Assembly: GCF_006345805.1 (NCBI RefSeq)
Contig: NC_043013.1
Span: 23,312,001 to 23,376,000 of the forward strand
DNA length: 64,000 bases
DNA from: Octopus sinensis
Lineage: Eukaryota
Direction: 5' to 3'
Shown here: positions 34,728 through 47,914 of the stretch, piece after piece
Numbering within the stretch: the first letter of the stretch is position 1
Layout: each line of letters begins with the position of its first letter
Program-made: the position numbers and the translations under genes
Notes under the pieces: generated by a model
Database searches by the model: none
Seen by the model: only the letters and a program-made list of their open reading frames with translations
Told to the model about the DNA's origin: nothing

Positions 34728-36279
34728 CATAAGTAGAGTCATCTTATGAATATTATTTTTATCCCTGCTCCAGGCAAAACAATGCACCAGGATCCTTTCT
34801 ATACAATAATGTAGTCCTAGATACGCTGTCTGAAGAAAAGATGAGATTGTCACAACTGAAATACCTTTGATTAGAGTTAATCTGGGACTAAAACAACTCT
34901 AGCCATTGTGTTATCACTGAGGAAGGGATATCACTCTGCTCACCCTAGTCTGTCTGGCTGACAAATGCCAGCTTTCACTTCTACTCCACCAAAATCAAAA
35001 CCAATAGAAAACATGTTTCCCTTGGAAAAAAAAAATTCTTGTAGTGAACTGTAGATTAATCCATTGAAATTTTCTTTGACTACTAAATATCTGGGAAGGT
35101 TATTCTTCACAGTTACAGTTCATTGAACAAAAATTAGCCACAAAAACATTAAGATAACACAGTTATTTCCATCCACCAGCTTAGAAGGGCCTAAATGACA
35201 TATTTACATTGCCTATCCTGTTTAGACTGACTAATAGACATTTATTTTCTAGTAATACGAACCCAACTCAAGTATTTATTAATCCATACGAAGCACTCAT
35301 AGCTAGAGGCTTAAAGTAAAAGGAGAGATTCATTGCAGTTTCACTTGTAATCTCAATTCCTTCTTGAAACCATTTCACTTCACTTATACTGCTAATAGCC
35401 TTGTAAGGAATCTACCTAAATATTTCCCAAATTAGGTAGAACCATTAGCACAAGGGGCGAGATGCTCTGCCGCCTTTTTGTTCTGATTTTGAATTCTGCC
35501 AAGGTCAACTTTCTCTTTCATCCTTTTTGGGGTCAATAGAGTAAGTACCACCAGTTGAGTATTGGGGTTCATATAATCAATGTACCCTCTCCCTTGAAAT
35601 TGCTGGCCTTGTGCTGAAACTCGAAACTAATATTTCCCTAATTAATCCTCCTTTAAAGGACCAGGCTTTGAGTCTGTGCCTAGTTCTAGAAAACATTTAA
35701 GAACCCCCCAGTCAGACCCTCTCAAATGTAATGGCTTTTATATTCTGCTTAGAAAGATAAATTCTGTTTTTATCCAACAAAGATAAGGGGAATACAGTGG
35801 TAATTAAACAACAATTCTCCTAGAATCTGGGTCAATTGAATCCAAAAATCCAGTCTTCAGTGACACAAGTCTCACAATTCTCTCCAATATTCAAAGAACT
35901 CTGACATTTTCAGTTGCTTCCTAATGAATGAATTCCAATTAAAATAAATTACTACTCATTTCTTCCTGGTTTTACTGTTATTGCACGAATATATTTGAAG
36001 TGTTTTACTCTCTTCTTTTTAATTAATTTTCCTTCGTAGATTAGAACTGACACTCATACCTTTGCCTAATTCCCTTTCTCTTCTTGTAGTCGCAAATGCT
36101 TTATTTCTAGTTTGTTATCTCTGCTGCAGCCAGGTTTCTCTGTTTATGTAGTTTGGCAAGTGAAATATTGGAACCAAACGCCGCTGTCTTGTTTCATCAC
36201 AGCAGCACCTTTAGAGATGTTATCATCTGAAAACTATGGCATATTCACCTATTCCTCACTACTCTACTTAACAATTCTA

Positions 36280-36410
36280 CCACCACCAACACCTCCAACT
36301 CCACCACCAACACCTCCACCATCACCACCACCTCCACCACCAACACCACCTCCACCACCACCTCCAACACCAACACCACCACCACCATTACCTCCACCAC
36401 CACCACCAGT
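36280..36410. repeat. (CCA/CCT)n trinucleotide repeat
   Basis: Seen directly; source of the poly-Pro ORF at 36112-36603. Confidence 0.95.
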
Positions 36411-38139
36411 AACATTTTGTACAACTCTTACCTCCTCTCTGTCTATTTCTCTCCATACCTTCGCTTCTCCCTATTTTTCTTTAACTTTTGTTTATCCCTT
36501 CCTTCGATGCTGTTTACTAGTTCATCATCATCATTTTACGCACAGCAGGGTCTCCCAAGCCTTTTCTTTTTTATGCCACCATTCTGACATAAAGATGTTT
36601 TAATATTGGGAATTCAACCAGAATTAGACTAAAGAACAGACACGTCCAGACGAAAAAGTAACAAATAACCAAATACGTCAGCTTCCTAAATATTAATTTA
36701 TTTTTCTTTCTGTTAATTAGAAATAACGAGGCTGTAGATTAGGTTGCTCATCTAATCAAGTGTGTATACATTGCTTCACTGATATAGTTTCCATTGCCCA
36801 TGGTTTCTGTTTAGCCCCGAGACGTGATTGAGCAGACTTATGTTGAAGCTTCATTCTTCTGACAGTCTCTTTAGGACCCGTGTTGTTATTCATTGTGTTC
36901 TTTTTGTGAGGAGGAGAAGCAGTGGTCCTGACCCCTTCCAGGACCTCCAAGACTGGTGAGAGGGAAGGAGGAAAGTATCCTTAAACTGGAAAGAGAATCC
37001 TTACAACAGAGTGGATTCCACTAGAGGCACCCAGGGGGCCATTTCAGGGATGGATTAAGTCTTGCACCCAAGTAGGTGAACATGTTTAGATTTGAACTCA
37101 GAATACCAAAACCCCAGATTATCATCATCATCATTTAAGATCCCTTTCTTCATGCTTGTATGGGTTAGGCAGTATGATATGAACAGATAAGCCAGAAGGT
37201 TGTGCTGCCAAATTCTAATGTCCATTTTGGCATGGATGCACTTCCTAATGCCATCCACTTCACAGAGTTTACTGAGTGTGTTTTACATGGCGCCAGCACT
37301 GGTGAGGTTACCAAGTACCCACAAGACAAGACTTCCAAACTGAGTAGCGGGAGGCTAATAATAATGACAGGGTCTGGCGTTCTTATGGCACTGCCAACTC
37401 ATCATTCCATGATTGTTTTTTTTTATTGACACCGTAAAGATGAAAGGCCAAGTTGACCTCTGTGAACTTTGAACTCAGAGTGCAGACACAGAATACTGTG
37501 AGTCCTTCCATCTGATGCACTTGGCAACTTTGTGAGTTTTCTGCCTAAAGATGGTTAGATGTGATTTAGCAGAGAATTCAGTAACGGATGCAGGGGTGTT
37601 GCCCTAGTTGTTTGGGCAACACCTTTTCTAGGCAAGTCGACACCAAAAAAATCAGGACCAAGGCTTTTTGGGCAACAGTCAAGGAAAAGGGAGTCAGCTC
37701 TTTCTAGAATAGGTGTTGCATGGACCTACTAGGTGTCCGTTTGTTATGAATTGCAATTTCCACTTTATATAGTATGTTTTCCAAAACTTTTGGGCAACAC
37801 CCCAAAAAAATCCTGGATTCCCTCCAGCAATTGGCTGCTGTTTCTTGAAAATTAATCTATTATTTCTTATAAATGTTTATAATGTTATAGACTACTTCTT
37901 ATTTGCTGTGGAAGTCATCAATCCTCTTGGTTTGAGGATTTAAGGCATAAAGAATGTATTATAAGATGATCTGATTAATAATTTTTAGAGGTGAGTGTTT
38001 AAATCCAGTTTTGGAAAGTAGACGAGAGGTATAAAGATACTGAGCTATCACAGTGGGTTTCCCCAGACTGAGTTATGTAGAGTGAAGGAACTTGTTTAAT
38101 GATTGAGAAACATCCACAAGGATTTTGATCTTTCTGTTC

Positions 38140-38460
38140 AGTGCTTGACTAATAAGTGTGTGTGTGTATGTATAGACATACATACAAACATACATGTGAG
38201 TGGATTTGATAGACAGAAACTGAAAGAAGCCCGTTGCATGTAGGTATTTGTGTGTGTCTTTGTGTTTGTTTTCGTCTACCATCACCACTACATGACAATT
38301 GGTGTTGGTTTGTTTACAGCCTATAACTTAGTTGTTCAGCATAAAAGACTGATAAAGTGTCAGGCTTTTAAAAATACATGTATCGAGGGTGATTTATTTG
38401 GCTGAATCCTTTCAAGGTGGTGCCCCAGCATGGCCACAGTTCAATGACTGAAAAAAAGTA
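38140..38460 (+). mobile_element. Family C SINE, degenerate, opposite orientation to the 32.8-33.6 kb copies
   Basis: GTGAGTGGATTTGATAGACAGAAACTGAAAGAAGCCCG...GGTGGTGCCCCAGCATGGCC. Confidence 0.75.
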
Positions 38461-38518
38461 CAAGATAAAAGATATAAGTGCATTTACACACACACACACA
38501 CACACACATTCATATCAG

Positions 38519-38817
38519 GATGCTTAAGAATGAAAAGACACATCACTCCATTGCTATTCCAAATTCCTTGATTAATGGTAAGATATTTGGGTTCCTGACA
38601 GACACAGAATCCATATATTTTCCCACTTCAAATGTCATTGGTTGGGTGTAGCAGCTGAGATTGCTGTGGTAATTAGGTGTTACTAACAGGACTACATGCC
38701 ATCTGGAGTTGATTGGGATTTTTAACTCTTTCAATTCCAGTCTTTCTGAAGCAAATTTCAGTTCAAAATTTTGGACAGAAATCTTATGATTACATGAAAG
38801 ATGTTCGATTTGAACAG
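38519..38817 (+). CDS. Candidate exon pair of an unidentified plus-strand gene (38519-38577 and 38741-38817)
   Basis: Donors ATG/gtaaga and CAG/gtaaac, acceptor ttttaactctttcaattccag. The phases join to MLKNEKTHHSIAIPNSLINVFLKQISVQNFGQKSYDYMKDVRFEQ. No family recognised. Confidence 0.4.
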
Positions 38818-39334
38818 GTAAACATTGTCTTTTATAAAGTTGGAAGTTATTTCATTAAACTATTCATAATTCTGGATTATTTTGAAAACCAAAACACAAA
38901 GGTAAAATGCTATCTTGTTAGAAATATGGTCACAAAAGTGTTAAGAGAGGTTTGTTCTCATGTTTTCACTTCGACACCATCTATTGTCTTTTATTGAGCA
39001 TTCCAAGAGTCTGCATGAATAGTTGTATAACTTGGTTAGGTAGAGAATCCTTGCCCTATAGTAGTCTATAGTAATTTAGTACCATATTGCCTCAACTAGT
39101 GATGATTCAGCAGTTACTGTATAAGTGCTGGCAGTGGTATTCTTATTGTCACCTTCAACAGTGTGTTTGTGTATGTATATGTGTTTGTGTATGTATGTGT
39201 GTGTGTGTGCATGCATGTATGTATATATATATGATTAATAATATCAGGGTAATAAAGATTTTAGAAATGTTTACTACCAGTGACCTAGTGTATAGAAAAA
39301 TTAGTCAATAGACTATATATTATTCATGTAAATA

Positions 39335-39936
39335 CAGTGTACATTTAAACACATAAGAGGTATCCGTTATAGGATTCCTTGCACGCCAGAAGGAACAGCT
39401 AAACTCCAAACCACTATTAGGGAAAAAAACTCAAAGGGAATGAAAAATAAAAACATTCACCATCTATCTCCTGGACCATGGTTTCTGACTTTTTTCTGGA
39501 AAAATTTTCCAGAAAAAAAGTATCAATAATTAATAATATCAGGGTAATAAAGATTTTAGAAATTTTTACTATGATTGATAATTTTTTTCTGGAAAATTGT
39601 TCGAAGAAATGTCGGTATTTTTTTGATGCTGACAAAAAACTGTGCTTACGCAGTGGGCTTGAAAAACTATAATGTATAAGCAAGAGGCACATGCTGGATT
39701 TGCCTCGTACTTCTATGTTTAATCTAGGTGTACCTGTTGATGAAGACTTCGTCTAGTAAATTATTTTATTTGCTAAAAAAAGTCTGAAACCATGGTCTAG
39801 GAGATAGATGGTAAATGTTTTTATTTTTCATTCCCTTCAAGTTTTTATCCCTAATAGCGGTTTGGACTTTAGCTGTTCCTTCTAGCGTGTAAGAAACCCT
39901 ATGACGGATACCTCTTATGTGTTTAAATGTACACTG
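39335..39936. mobile_element. Tc1/mariner-type MITE with about 165-bp TIRs
   Basis: TA-CAGTGTACATTTAAACACATAAGAGGTATCCG ... CGGATACCTCTTATGTGTTTAAATGTACACTG-TA; TA TSD at 39333-39334 and 39937-39938. Confidence 0.92.
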
Positions 39937-41024
39937 TATTTATATATATAGACACTCACACATATACACATCTATATAGCCTCACACACATACTTTACAC
40001 ACCTTCACACACATATACACACTCCATATGCACACACACACTCATACAAATATACAAAATGCATATCACTCCACACAATGCATGCACTAGGTTACTTATG
40101 CACATATAAACACATGCTTCCATAGACACACACAGGCCCACATAATTTTAAGCTCATCCACACATACTCGCTTGTCCCCACTCACACATACACACTCACA
40201 CATACCAATCTCGCATACATACATGCACTTACGTACCCTAGTTCAGCCAGGTCACCGTTATTATCTATCTCCCTTTCGCTCAGCCTCCTTCTTCCTGTCA
40301 TTTCATCATGTTGAACAAATATTTCCTACACATTTTTTTTCTCTCTCCATTTTTGCTTCTCAATCCTTTTTTGTCAAAGAGCATAGGCTCGAAATGTCAA
40401 AGACCTTTCCATTCTTCCCAAGTGTCAAACTAATACACCTGCTTGTTGTTCCTTCACCTGTCTGTGTCTTTTGTTTTTTGTAAATTTGAATTATATATAT
40501 ATATGTGTGTGTAAGGTTTATTAGAGGCATTATAAAGGCTTCTTTGTCACATTTGTTGAGATTAGTGTGGATTAATGGTAAGCATCTGCTCCAATCTGCT
40601 TTCAAAGCAATTTAGGGGGGTTTCTTTTGTCTTCACACTATTGTCTGAAGTTGGCTGTGATTATGTCATTGCTCAGCTTCTATTATGTCATTAATCTCAA
40701 AATTATACGAATACGGCCTTTGGCTATTTCACTAACCAGACAATTTATGATTAAACCAACCTTAGTGGTTTTTCTATCAATCCTGAAGCACCGAAAGACA
40801 AAAGTTTATTCTGCTGAGGGTTTTCAATCAGCTGAGTGCAGCACCAGACTTGGAGTATTATAAAGCATTTCTTCTGCTTTCCTGCTATACAGTTTGTGTG
40901 TGTGTGTGAATATTTTAACACATACACACTCTCTACTTTTACACGAAGCTTATACACACATATGTACACATACATAGTTGCGTAGTTGGGATTTAGTTTT
41001 CTATTATGGAAAGGCCAATGTGTC

Positions 41025-41250
41025 ATCACCATCATCATCATCATTTAATGTTCCTTTTTTCTATGCTGGCATGGGTTGGACAGTTTGACAATCTCCAATG
41101 GGTCTAAGGACTGTATTCTGCTCCAGTGCCTGCTTTGGTATGGTTTCCACAGCTGGATGTCCTTCCTGATGCCAATCTCTTCACGCATGTACTGGGTGCT
41201 TTCTTCATAGCACCTGCACTATTGAGGTTGCCATGCTTTCAGGACTACAA
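41025..41250 (-). mobile_element. Family A repeat, older copy
   Basis: (CAT)n TTTAATGTTCC...CTATGCTGGCATGGGTTGGACAG...GGATGTCCTTCCTGATGCCAATC. Confidence 0.8.
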
Positions 41251-42871
41251 ACCATAGGGGTGGTAGAAGTGGTGGTGGGGGTCAGCTTCATGCTCGGGGA
41301 GAAGGGACTAAACTATTAAAGAAGGCAGAAGCGGTCATGAAATGATCTTGTGGAAGATGTGCATGGCTACACAGATTTAGCAGGAGAGGATGAGACAGAG
41401 AACAGGGAAATGGTCATTAGGAGCTACAAAGAGATAATGGTGATGAGGTGCCCAGGTGACCCCACAGGACACAAGGTGAATAGAAGGGGGTGAGCGTGTG
41501 GGTGGTTTGAATTCTTCAGACCAGAATTTTAGGCTAAATTTTAAGGTTGAATATTACATAGATCCTACTTTTAAGGTGCGGGAATTCACAGCACCAGCCT
41601 TCAGTACTGCATAAATAGGAAAACCCTAAATGAGCTTTTACATGAAAAAGGAAAACCATTTCATGTTGATTTGTTATTTGTGAAAAACTCAGGTTGATTT
41701 CTTTATTAAATACAAAGAAATTTTCAGACTTTTTAGTCCTCCAAAAAGAGGCTTTTACATGTGATTAATTTTTACTTGGAGCAAAGATTGTTTGCCAACA
41801 TAACATGGCAGTCCTGGTTTAGGACGAATGTTGCTGTAATTTGGATTGGTCAGAGAAGGAAGGAGAATCATTTTCAGGTCTTAAGATTTATGCAAGAAGA
41901 GCGTATGACTCCAAGGTTATCCTCTAACTCGGTGCTTCTCAACCCTTTTTTCACCCATGGGCCCCTTTGATTCCTTTTATACTTTACTGGACCCTCAAAG
42001 CCATTCAATGTGTAAGAAATCCCTTTATACTTTTAGAATTGAATATTGCAAGCAATTGTATTTATAAATTAGTTTAAATGTTTTGTGTATTCTACAAGAA
42101 TAACCAGTTTGCTTTACATAATTTTTAACAAAAAAATCTTATATGCCCCTTCCCAAGAGTCATGAGGACCCTGGTTGAGAATCCCTACTTTAACTGGAGA
42201 TCCATTCTGAATACTCAGTTAAAGGCTCCCAAGGACCAAATTGTGATGTCAAACTAGAGAAAGGACCAAACTTTGGACTGAAAGGATCAGTCCCAGGTTC
42301 GGCTCTTTTGGATGTGAGCTTTTTTTATTTTATTGTTGCTACTATAAGTGGAAGAGCAGCATCCATGATCTTTTCAGGGCCTCCATGACTGATAGAAGAA
42401 AAGAAGAAAGATACCCTCATGTGGTGCTGTTAGAACCTGTAGATAGGTTAACTCTATTACTGAAAATAGTATATTTACATTTGAGTTCAAATCAAACCAC
42501 AACAAGTACCTGGTACCTTCAGTTAACCCAGTTTGCTTCAACGACATTCTCTTCCTACCTAGAAATGCACTGATGCATATTAAAATAGTAGTAGTAGTTG
42601 TAGTAGTAGTAGTAGTGGTTATGTTTTATTACATTGTAAAAGGGGAATGTGGTTGCTTGATCATCTCTTTGGATATAGAACAGTGATAAACAAAGTACAT
42701 AGATTTTTTTTCTTCTTCTTATGTACAAAGCACTGAGAATGGTTTTAGTAAGTAAAAGTGGTGTGTTTTGATGCCTCCTGAGTAAAAATTAGTTTATACA
42801 AAGCAGGTGTTTGAAGTTTGAAATAATTCGATACTATAAGATACTGTTTGTGGAATCTGACACCCCAGCAA

Positions 42872-43022
42872 CCATGTGTGTGTGTGTGTGTTTGAATGTG
42901 TGTGTGTGTTTGAATGTGTGTGTGTGTATGTGTTTGAATGTGTGTGTTTGAATGTGTGTGTTTGAATGTGTGTGTGTGTATGTGTTTGAATGTGTGTGTT
43001 TGAATGTGTGTGTGTTTGTGTG
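42872..43022. repeat. Compound minisatellite TTTGAA(TG)n
   Basis: Seen directly; source of the H/T-rich ORFs at 42745-43095. Confidence 0.95.
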
Positions 43023-43599
43023 TAACATGAACCTTCCAAAGCTGAGTCAGCCAAACTGAACAACAGAGCATTAACATCTGTCCTAGTAAAGGCACAAGAT
43101 ACTGGTGTTGTTGTTGTTTTTACAAGAAGTAAAGCAAAGACAATCCTATCGTGTATAGGACCGGGGGATCAATAGATGTGTAAGTTAAGGATTAGAGGCT
43201 GATCAAAATGATAGTGTTAAATTTATTGATTTTCTTAGCGTATTTATATCTTTACCAATGCTACCGTCACCGCTATCACTATTGTTACCAATGTTAGCAC
43301 TCAACAAAGAAACTTCCATGCAGTCATTTGACCTGCTGGAAATAGATGCCAAAATTTTCTCACTTTGCATCCTACAATCTCCCAACCCATGCTAGCATGG
43401 AAAACGGATGTTAAACGGTGATGATGATGAGTCATTTGTTGTTTTGTTTTCAAAAGACATCTTGGTAGACACAGGGGTGGCTGTGTGGTAAGCCTGGAAG
43501 AGATGCAAGCCCACACATACTAAATCTGATGAAGAGGGCAAGTGCAGAAGTTTGCCCCGTTTTCAGTGAGAAACTCACAAGTGGGGAGAGCTTGGTTAC

Positions 43600-44040
43600 A
43601 GGGTGTATTGTCGTTGTGAAGAATCCAGTTCTTCATGCCCCACTGATCCGGTTGCTTCCACTGAATGTCCTCCCTCAACATTTCAAAACCTTGCAGTAGA
43701 ACCCTCAGTTGATGGTCTGGCCCTAAGGGACAAATTCATGATGTGCAATACCACATTTCCAGGGCTGATGCCTGTGACAGGTCTTCCAGATTGCTCATCA
43801 TCTTCCAGAGATGTTCTTCCAGTTTTGAAGCACCCATGCCACTTGGAACGTTGCATACGACCCATTGCCTCATCACCATAAGCTCAATGTCTCTGTGGCA
43901 GACGACTTCCCAAGTTTAACGCAAAATTTCACGCTGGCTCTTTGTTCCTGACCGTAACAAAATCATAGACTACAGCAGACATACGTGATCACAAAAGCCC
44001 AAATTTCATGAAGTAAACACAGTGATGTCACTCAGCACAC
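43600..44040 (-). mobile_element. Degenerate mariner transposase N-terminal fragment
   Basis: GRMQRSKWHGCFKTGRTSLEDDEQSGRP fits the mariner helix-turn-helix region (W...FKxGRxSLEDDxRSGRP). Confidence 0.8.
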
Positions 44041-44173
44041 TTCCTCCTTTTTGGCTGCTATTTCTAAACTTCGGTGTGTGGTGAAGCAAATCTTTGCTGA
44101 ACCCTTTTTATTAGTATATATATATATATATACACACGTCTGTATGAGTTAGAGGTTAAACAACCATCTAAGG

Positions 44174-44374
44174 CAGTGCTTTTCAAACTTTTTGCTGGAG
44201 CGGAACCTCAAGGAAACATTCCACTGGCTCGAGGATCCCCTGTGCAATAATTTAATAGTCTTATGCACACATATCTGCACAGGAGACTTAAAAATTACTG
44301 CCGATTTTAGCAGTTTTGTAACTTCTTGCGGAACCCTTGCACTGTACTGGCGGAACCCTGGTTGAAAACCACTG
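44174..44374. mobile_element. hAT-type MITE
   Basis: Ends CAGTGCTTTTCAAAC / GTTGAAAACCACTG and a perfect 8-bp TSD ATCTAAGG (44166-44173 and 44375-44382). Confidence 0.92.
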
Positions 44375-44502
44375 ATCTAAGGGATAATAAATATCCAATA
44401 TACTACTGGATGTATACCTATGATTGTAATTAATAAATAAATCCACTTGATGTTTGCAGGCTGATGTTTGTTAATTAATTATCTTCTCCATTTTCTTCTC
44501 TG

Positions 44503-44536
<34 letters not shown>

Positions 44537-45698
44537 TGTGTGTCTTTGTGACTGTGTTTGCCCCTGCCACCACCACCACCATCACTTGACAACTGGTTTT
44601 GGTGTGTTAAAGTAATGGGGTTGGTTCATTTGACTAAGAATTCTTCAGAGTGGTGCCCCAGCATGGCCGCAGTCTAATATGAGTCAAACAGGTAAAAGAT
44701 AGAGACAGAAGGTAACCCCAGATATCAGAGTACTCCTATTAAATGACTCCTATTAGAGCAGCAAAGGCAACTGAATGAAAAAAAAAAAGAAAAAAAATGG
44801 AACAATTTTTCTTGCCATGGACGTCTATTTTCACGGTTGAGATGATCTTTCTCAAAAATTTAGGAGACAGAACATATGGTTTCTAAGAGCAAATTTTGAT
44901 GGATATTTGCTTGCCACCTTAAACAAATCACGTGACTATGTAGAAGCTCTCTCATTGGCCTGTTTCAATGTTGATATATCTGTCTTTAGTTGTGGCAGCT
45001 GCCTTAATATTTTTGTTGGAAAGATTTTGTGTGGCAAATCAAAAATCTGCTCCACTTTCCCAGAAACGCTTCCACCGACATTGCTAGAAATTCTCTTGCT
45101 AAAAGCCTGAATATCTCTGTCCTGTTTTCTCTGTGTTGGTTTTGTTATTGTGCAGCCCTGATTCAACATATTTACCACAAAATGTCCACAGCTGTGACCA
45201 TCCTCTCATATTACATATCTAGGTTTACATTGTCTTATGTGCCTTCCCTTTTTTTAAGGCAGTAAGGTGTGATTTGAGAGAGATTTGACTGTTACTTCTA
45301 GCAAGGTGAGTCATCATGCAGTGGTTTCTCTGTTGGCTTAGTTCCATGTGTAGTTGTGCATGAGAGAGAGAGAGAGAGAGAGAGCAGCAACTTAGTGGAT
45401 AAAAGTATTGGACTTCTGGTTGTTGTGGTTTCATTGTTTCTTGCCAAAACTCTTTATTCGCCATTACCTCAATTAATTTACTTGTCAAGGAGAGGAAGGA
45501 GAGGAAATGGGTATTAGATTACGGGCTGGATGGTGGCAGCAGTGGTGGTGGTGGTGGTGGTGGCGGTTGCTCTATCTAACAGCTATTTCACATTAAGCTC
45601 CTAATGTATAGGGCATCCCACACCAAATGGATGCATTCCTTGGCCACTAGGGATGAAAACCTTACATTCATATATTGATTTGTATGAGTGACTAGATG

Positions 45699-45733
<35 letters not shown>

Positions 45734-46809
45734 ATTTATTATTGCAGTATATGTCATCCATGTGTTTCATATCATAAATTAGTGTAAAATCTCATCTACA
45801 TATCTTGTAGAGGCAACTGTATTCTTGTGTGTGTCTGTGTTCTGTTTCACGTCCATCTCTTCCTTGATAATGTAGATTGGATGGTTTTTGCTTTAACACT
45901 GAACGCTTGTTCTATTGTTAAGCATTAGTTACTGTCAGGAACAGTTTTTTTGCTCTACCATAATCTGTGAAAGTGTACAACACAGTGGCTGTATCTTAAT
46001 TTCGCAGTCAGAGTGAGATAAGTAACGAGGGATCAGTTTTCTTGCTCAACCCTTCTACAATAGGGTGATGTCCTTAGCATGGCAAGTGTTTTGATCTGCT
46101 GAAACTAAAGTGATTACGGCATGGAAGACACAAGTCAACCCTTCATATAAACTCAAAGACCATCAATTTCACTGAAATATTTAGTTGTAATATTTGGTGT
46201 CAGAATTTTCATTACTCAGAACTGCGACCTGCTCACTTTCTGCTATAAATGATGTTTAAAAGAAGCATGGATAATCCCCGTCTCCACTCTTCTCCATCCA
46301 TCTCCTTTCATCTCATCATCTCCATTGTGTTTGTGGCAATCAGACTCACCTGCCCAACACGGAACACTTTTTCCAGACCTTCTTCCCTAGATGGACGGGG
46401 TATCTCTCTCTCTCTCTCTCTCTCTCTCTGGAATTCTCTCTCCCATCTCTGCATTTCCAGCAAACATTGACCTACAAATGCTCAAACCAAACACCAACCA
46501 CATCTGCTTAATCTCTCCTAATCACGCCAGGATTAACTTGCATGAAAAAAAAAAAAAAAAATTAAAGCATTAATGTCTCTCTATTTTATCTTTTACTTGT
46601 TCCAGTCATTAGACTGTGGCCATACTGGGGCACTGCTTTGAAGAATTTTTAGTTGAATGAATCAAACTCAGGACTTTTTTTATAAGCCTGGGAGGCTCTA
46701 CCCGAGTAAAGTCAGATTCAAATGGGTTCAGAGATTTAAAAAGATGGTCGAGAACCACTGATGTTAAGGCTACAGCTTTACATCCGTATTTTACTGGCAA
46801 CTCATATAA

Positions 46810-47170
46810 TACTATTCAATTAATCTGACTGGCTTCCGTGCCAGTGGTACATAAAAATGCCGGTAGCATGTGAAAAGGCATTCGAGCGAGGTCGTTGCCA
46901 GTGCCGTTGGACTGGCTCTTGTGCAGGTGGCACGTACAAAACACCATTCAAGCGTGGTCGTTGCCAGTACCGCCTGACTGGCCCTCGTGCTGGTGGTATG
47001 TAAAAGCACCCAATACAGTCTCGGAGTGGTTGGCGTTAGGAAGGGCATCCAGCTGTAGAAACTCTGACAGATCAGATTGGAGTCTGGTTCGCCAGTCCTC
47101 AGTTAAATCGTCCAACCCATGCCAGCATGGAAAGCAGACATTAAACAATGATGATGATGATGATGATGAA
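46810..47170 (+). mobile_element. Family A repeat (RTE-type 3' end)
   Basis: Ends CCAACCCATGCCAGCATGGAAAGCAGACATTAAACA(ATG)n. Confidence 0.9.
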
Positions 47171-47454
47171 TGGCAGCTGTGTGGTTTGAACTTGTGATGT
47201 TTGCTGTCTGTCAGTGCCTCCTTGTTTCTGATTAGTAATATTTAGCAAATCGTTATTAAATAGTAATCACCAGAGAACAGTCTGTTATTAATCAGGCATA
47301 ATTAATTAAGGGTTGATTGAATGGTTTATTTAGGGTTAGTATTTGACACGTTGACATCAGGGCACAAAGGGAGAACAAATTTCCAAACAATGAAACCTTA
47401 TTAAATCTTCCTCCTCCTCCTTCTCTCCTCTTTCTCCCATTATCCTCCTCCTCT

Positions 47455-47700
47455 TGCACCTCCTCCTCCTCCTCATCAACAGCAGCAACAGCTGGCCAAA
47501 ATGCTTGGTGACATTTCTTCCAGTTTTACAGTCTGAGTTCAAATGTTGCCAAAGTTGACTTTGCCTTTCGTCCTTTTGGGGGTTAATAAAATAAGTACCA
47601 GTTGTGTACTGGGGGTCAGTGTAATTGGCTTCCTCCCCTGCTTCAAATTATTGGCTTTGCGTCAAAGATTAGAAAGAATTATTGTCATTATTGTTGTTGG
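47455..47700 (+). mobile_element. Family B SINE, degenerate
   Basis: GTCTGAGTTCAAATGTTGCCAAAGTTGACTTTGCCTTTCGTCC...AAATAAGTACCAGTTG. Confidence 0.75.
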
Positions 47701-47914
47701 TATTAATAATCCTTTTGTTGTTGCCATAAGGGGACTGAAAGAGGGGACAGATCATAAAAAGTATAGGGGTTTTCATAGAAAATGTATGAAGTGGCAATAA
47801 GACTTGTAATAAAGTTCCAAGTGAGGATTTCCATCAAGGACCACTCACAGAACTCTACAAAGACAAGAGAAACAGAAGATATGAATAAAATTATCAAAAA
47901 TTTCTTTTGACTAA

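Noticed and set aside
36112-36603. Extensin/formin-like poly-proline ORF
   Set aside because: Produced by a (CCA)n microsatellite with no supporting splice structure around the repeat.
43090-43140. AQDTGVVVVFT resembling profilin-4 (ENTGVVVVKT)
   Set aside because: The VVVV comes from a (GTT)n run and the flanking sequence does not continue the similarity.
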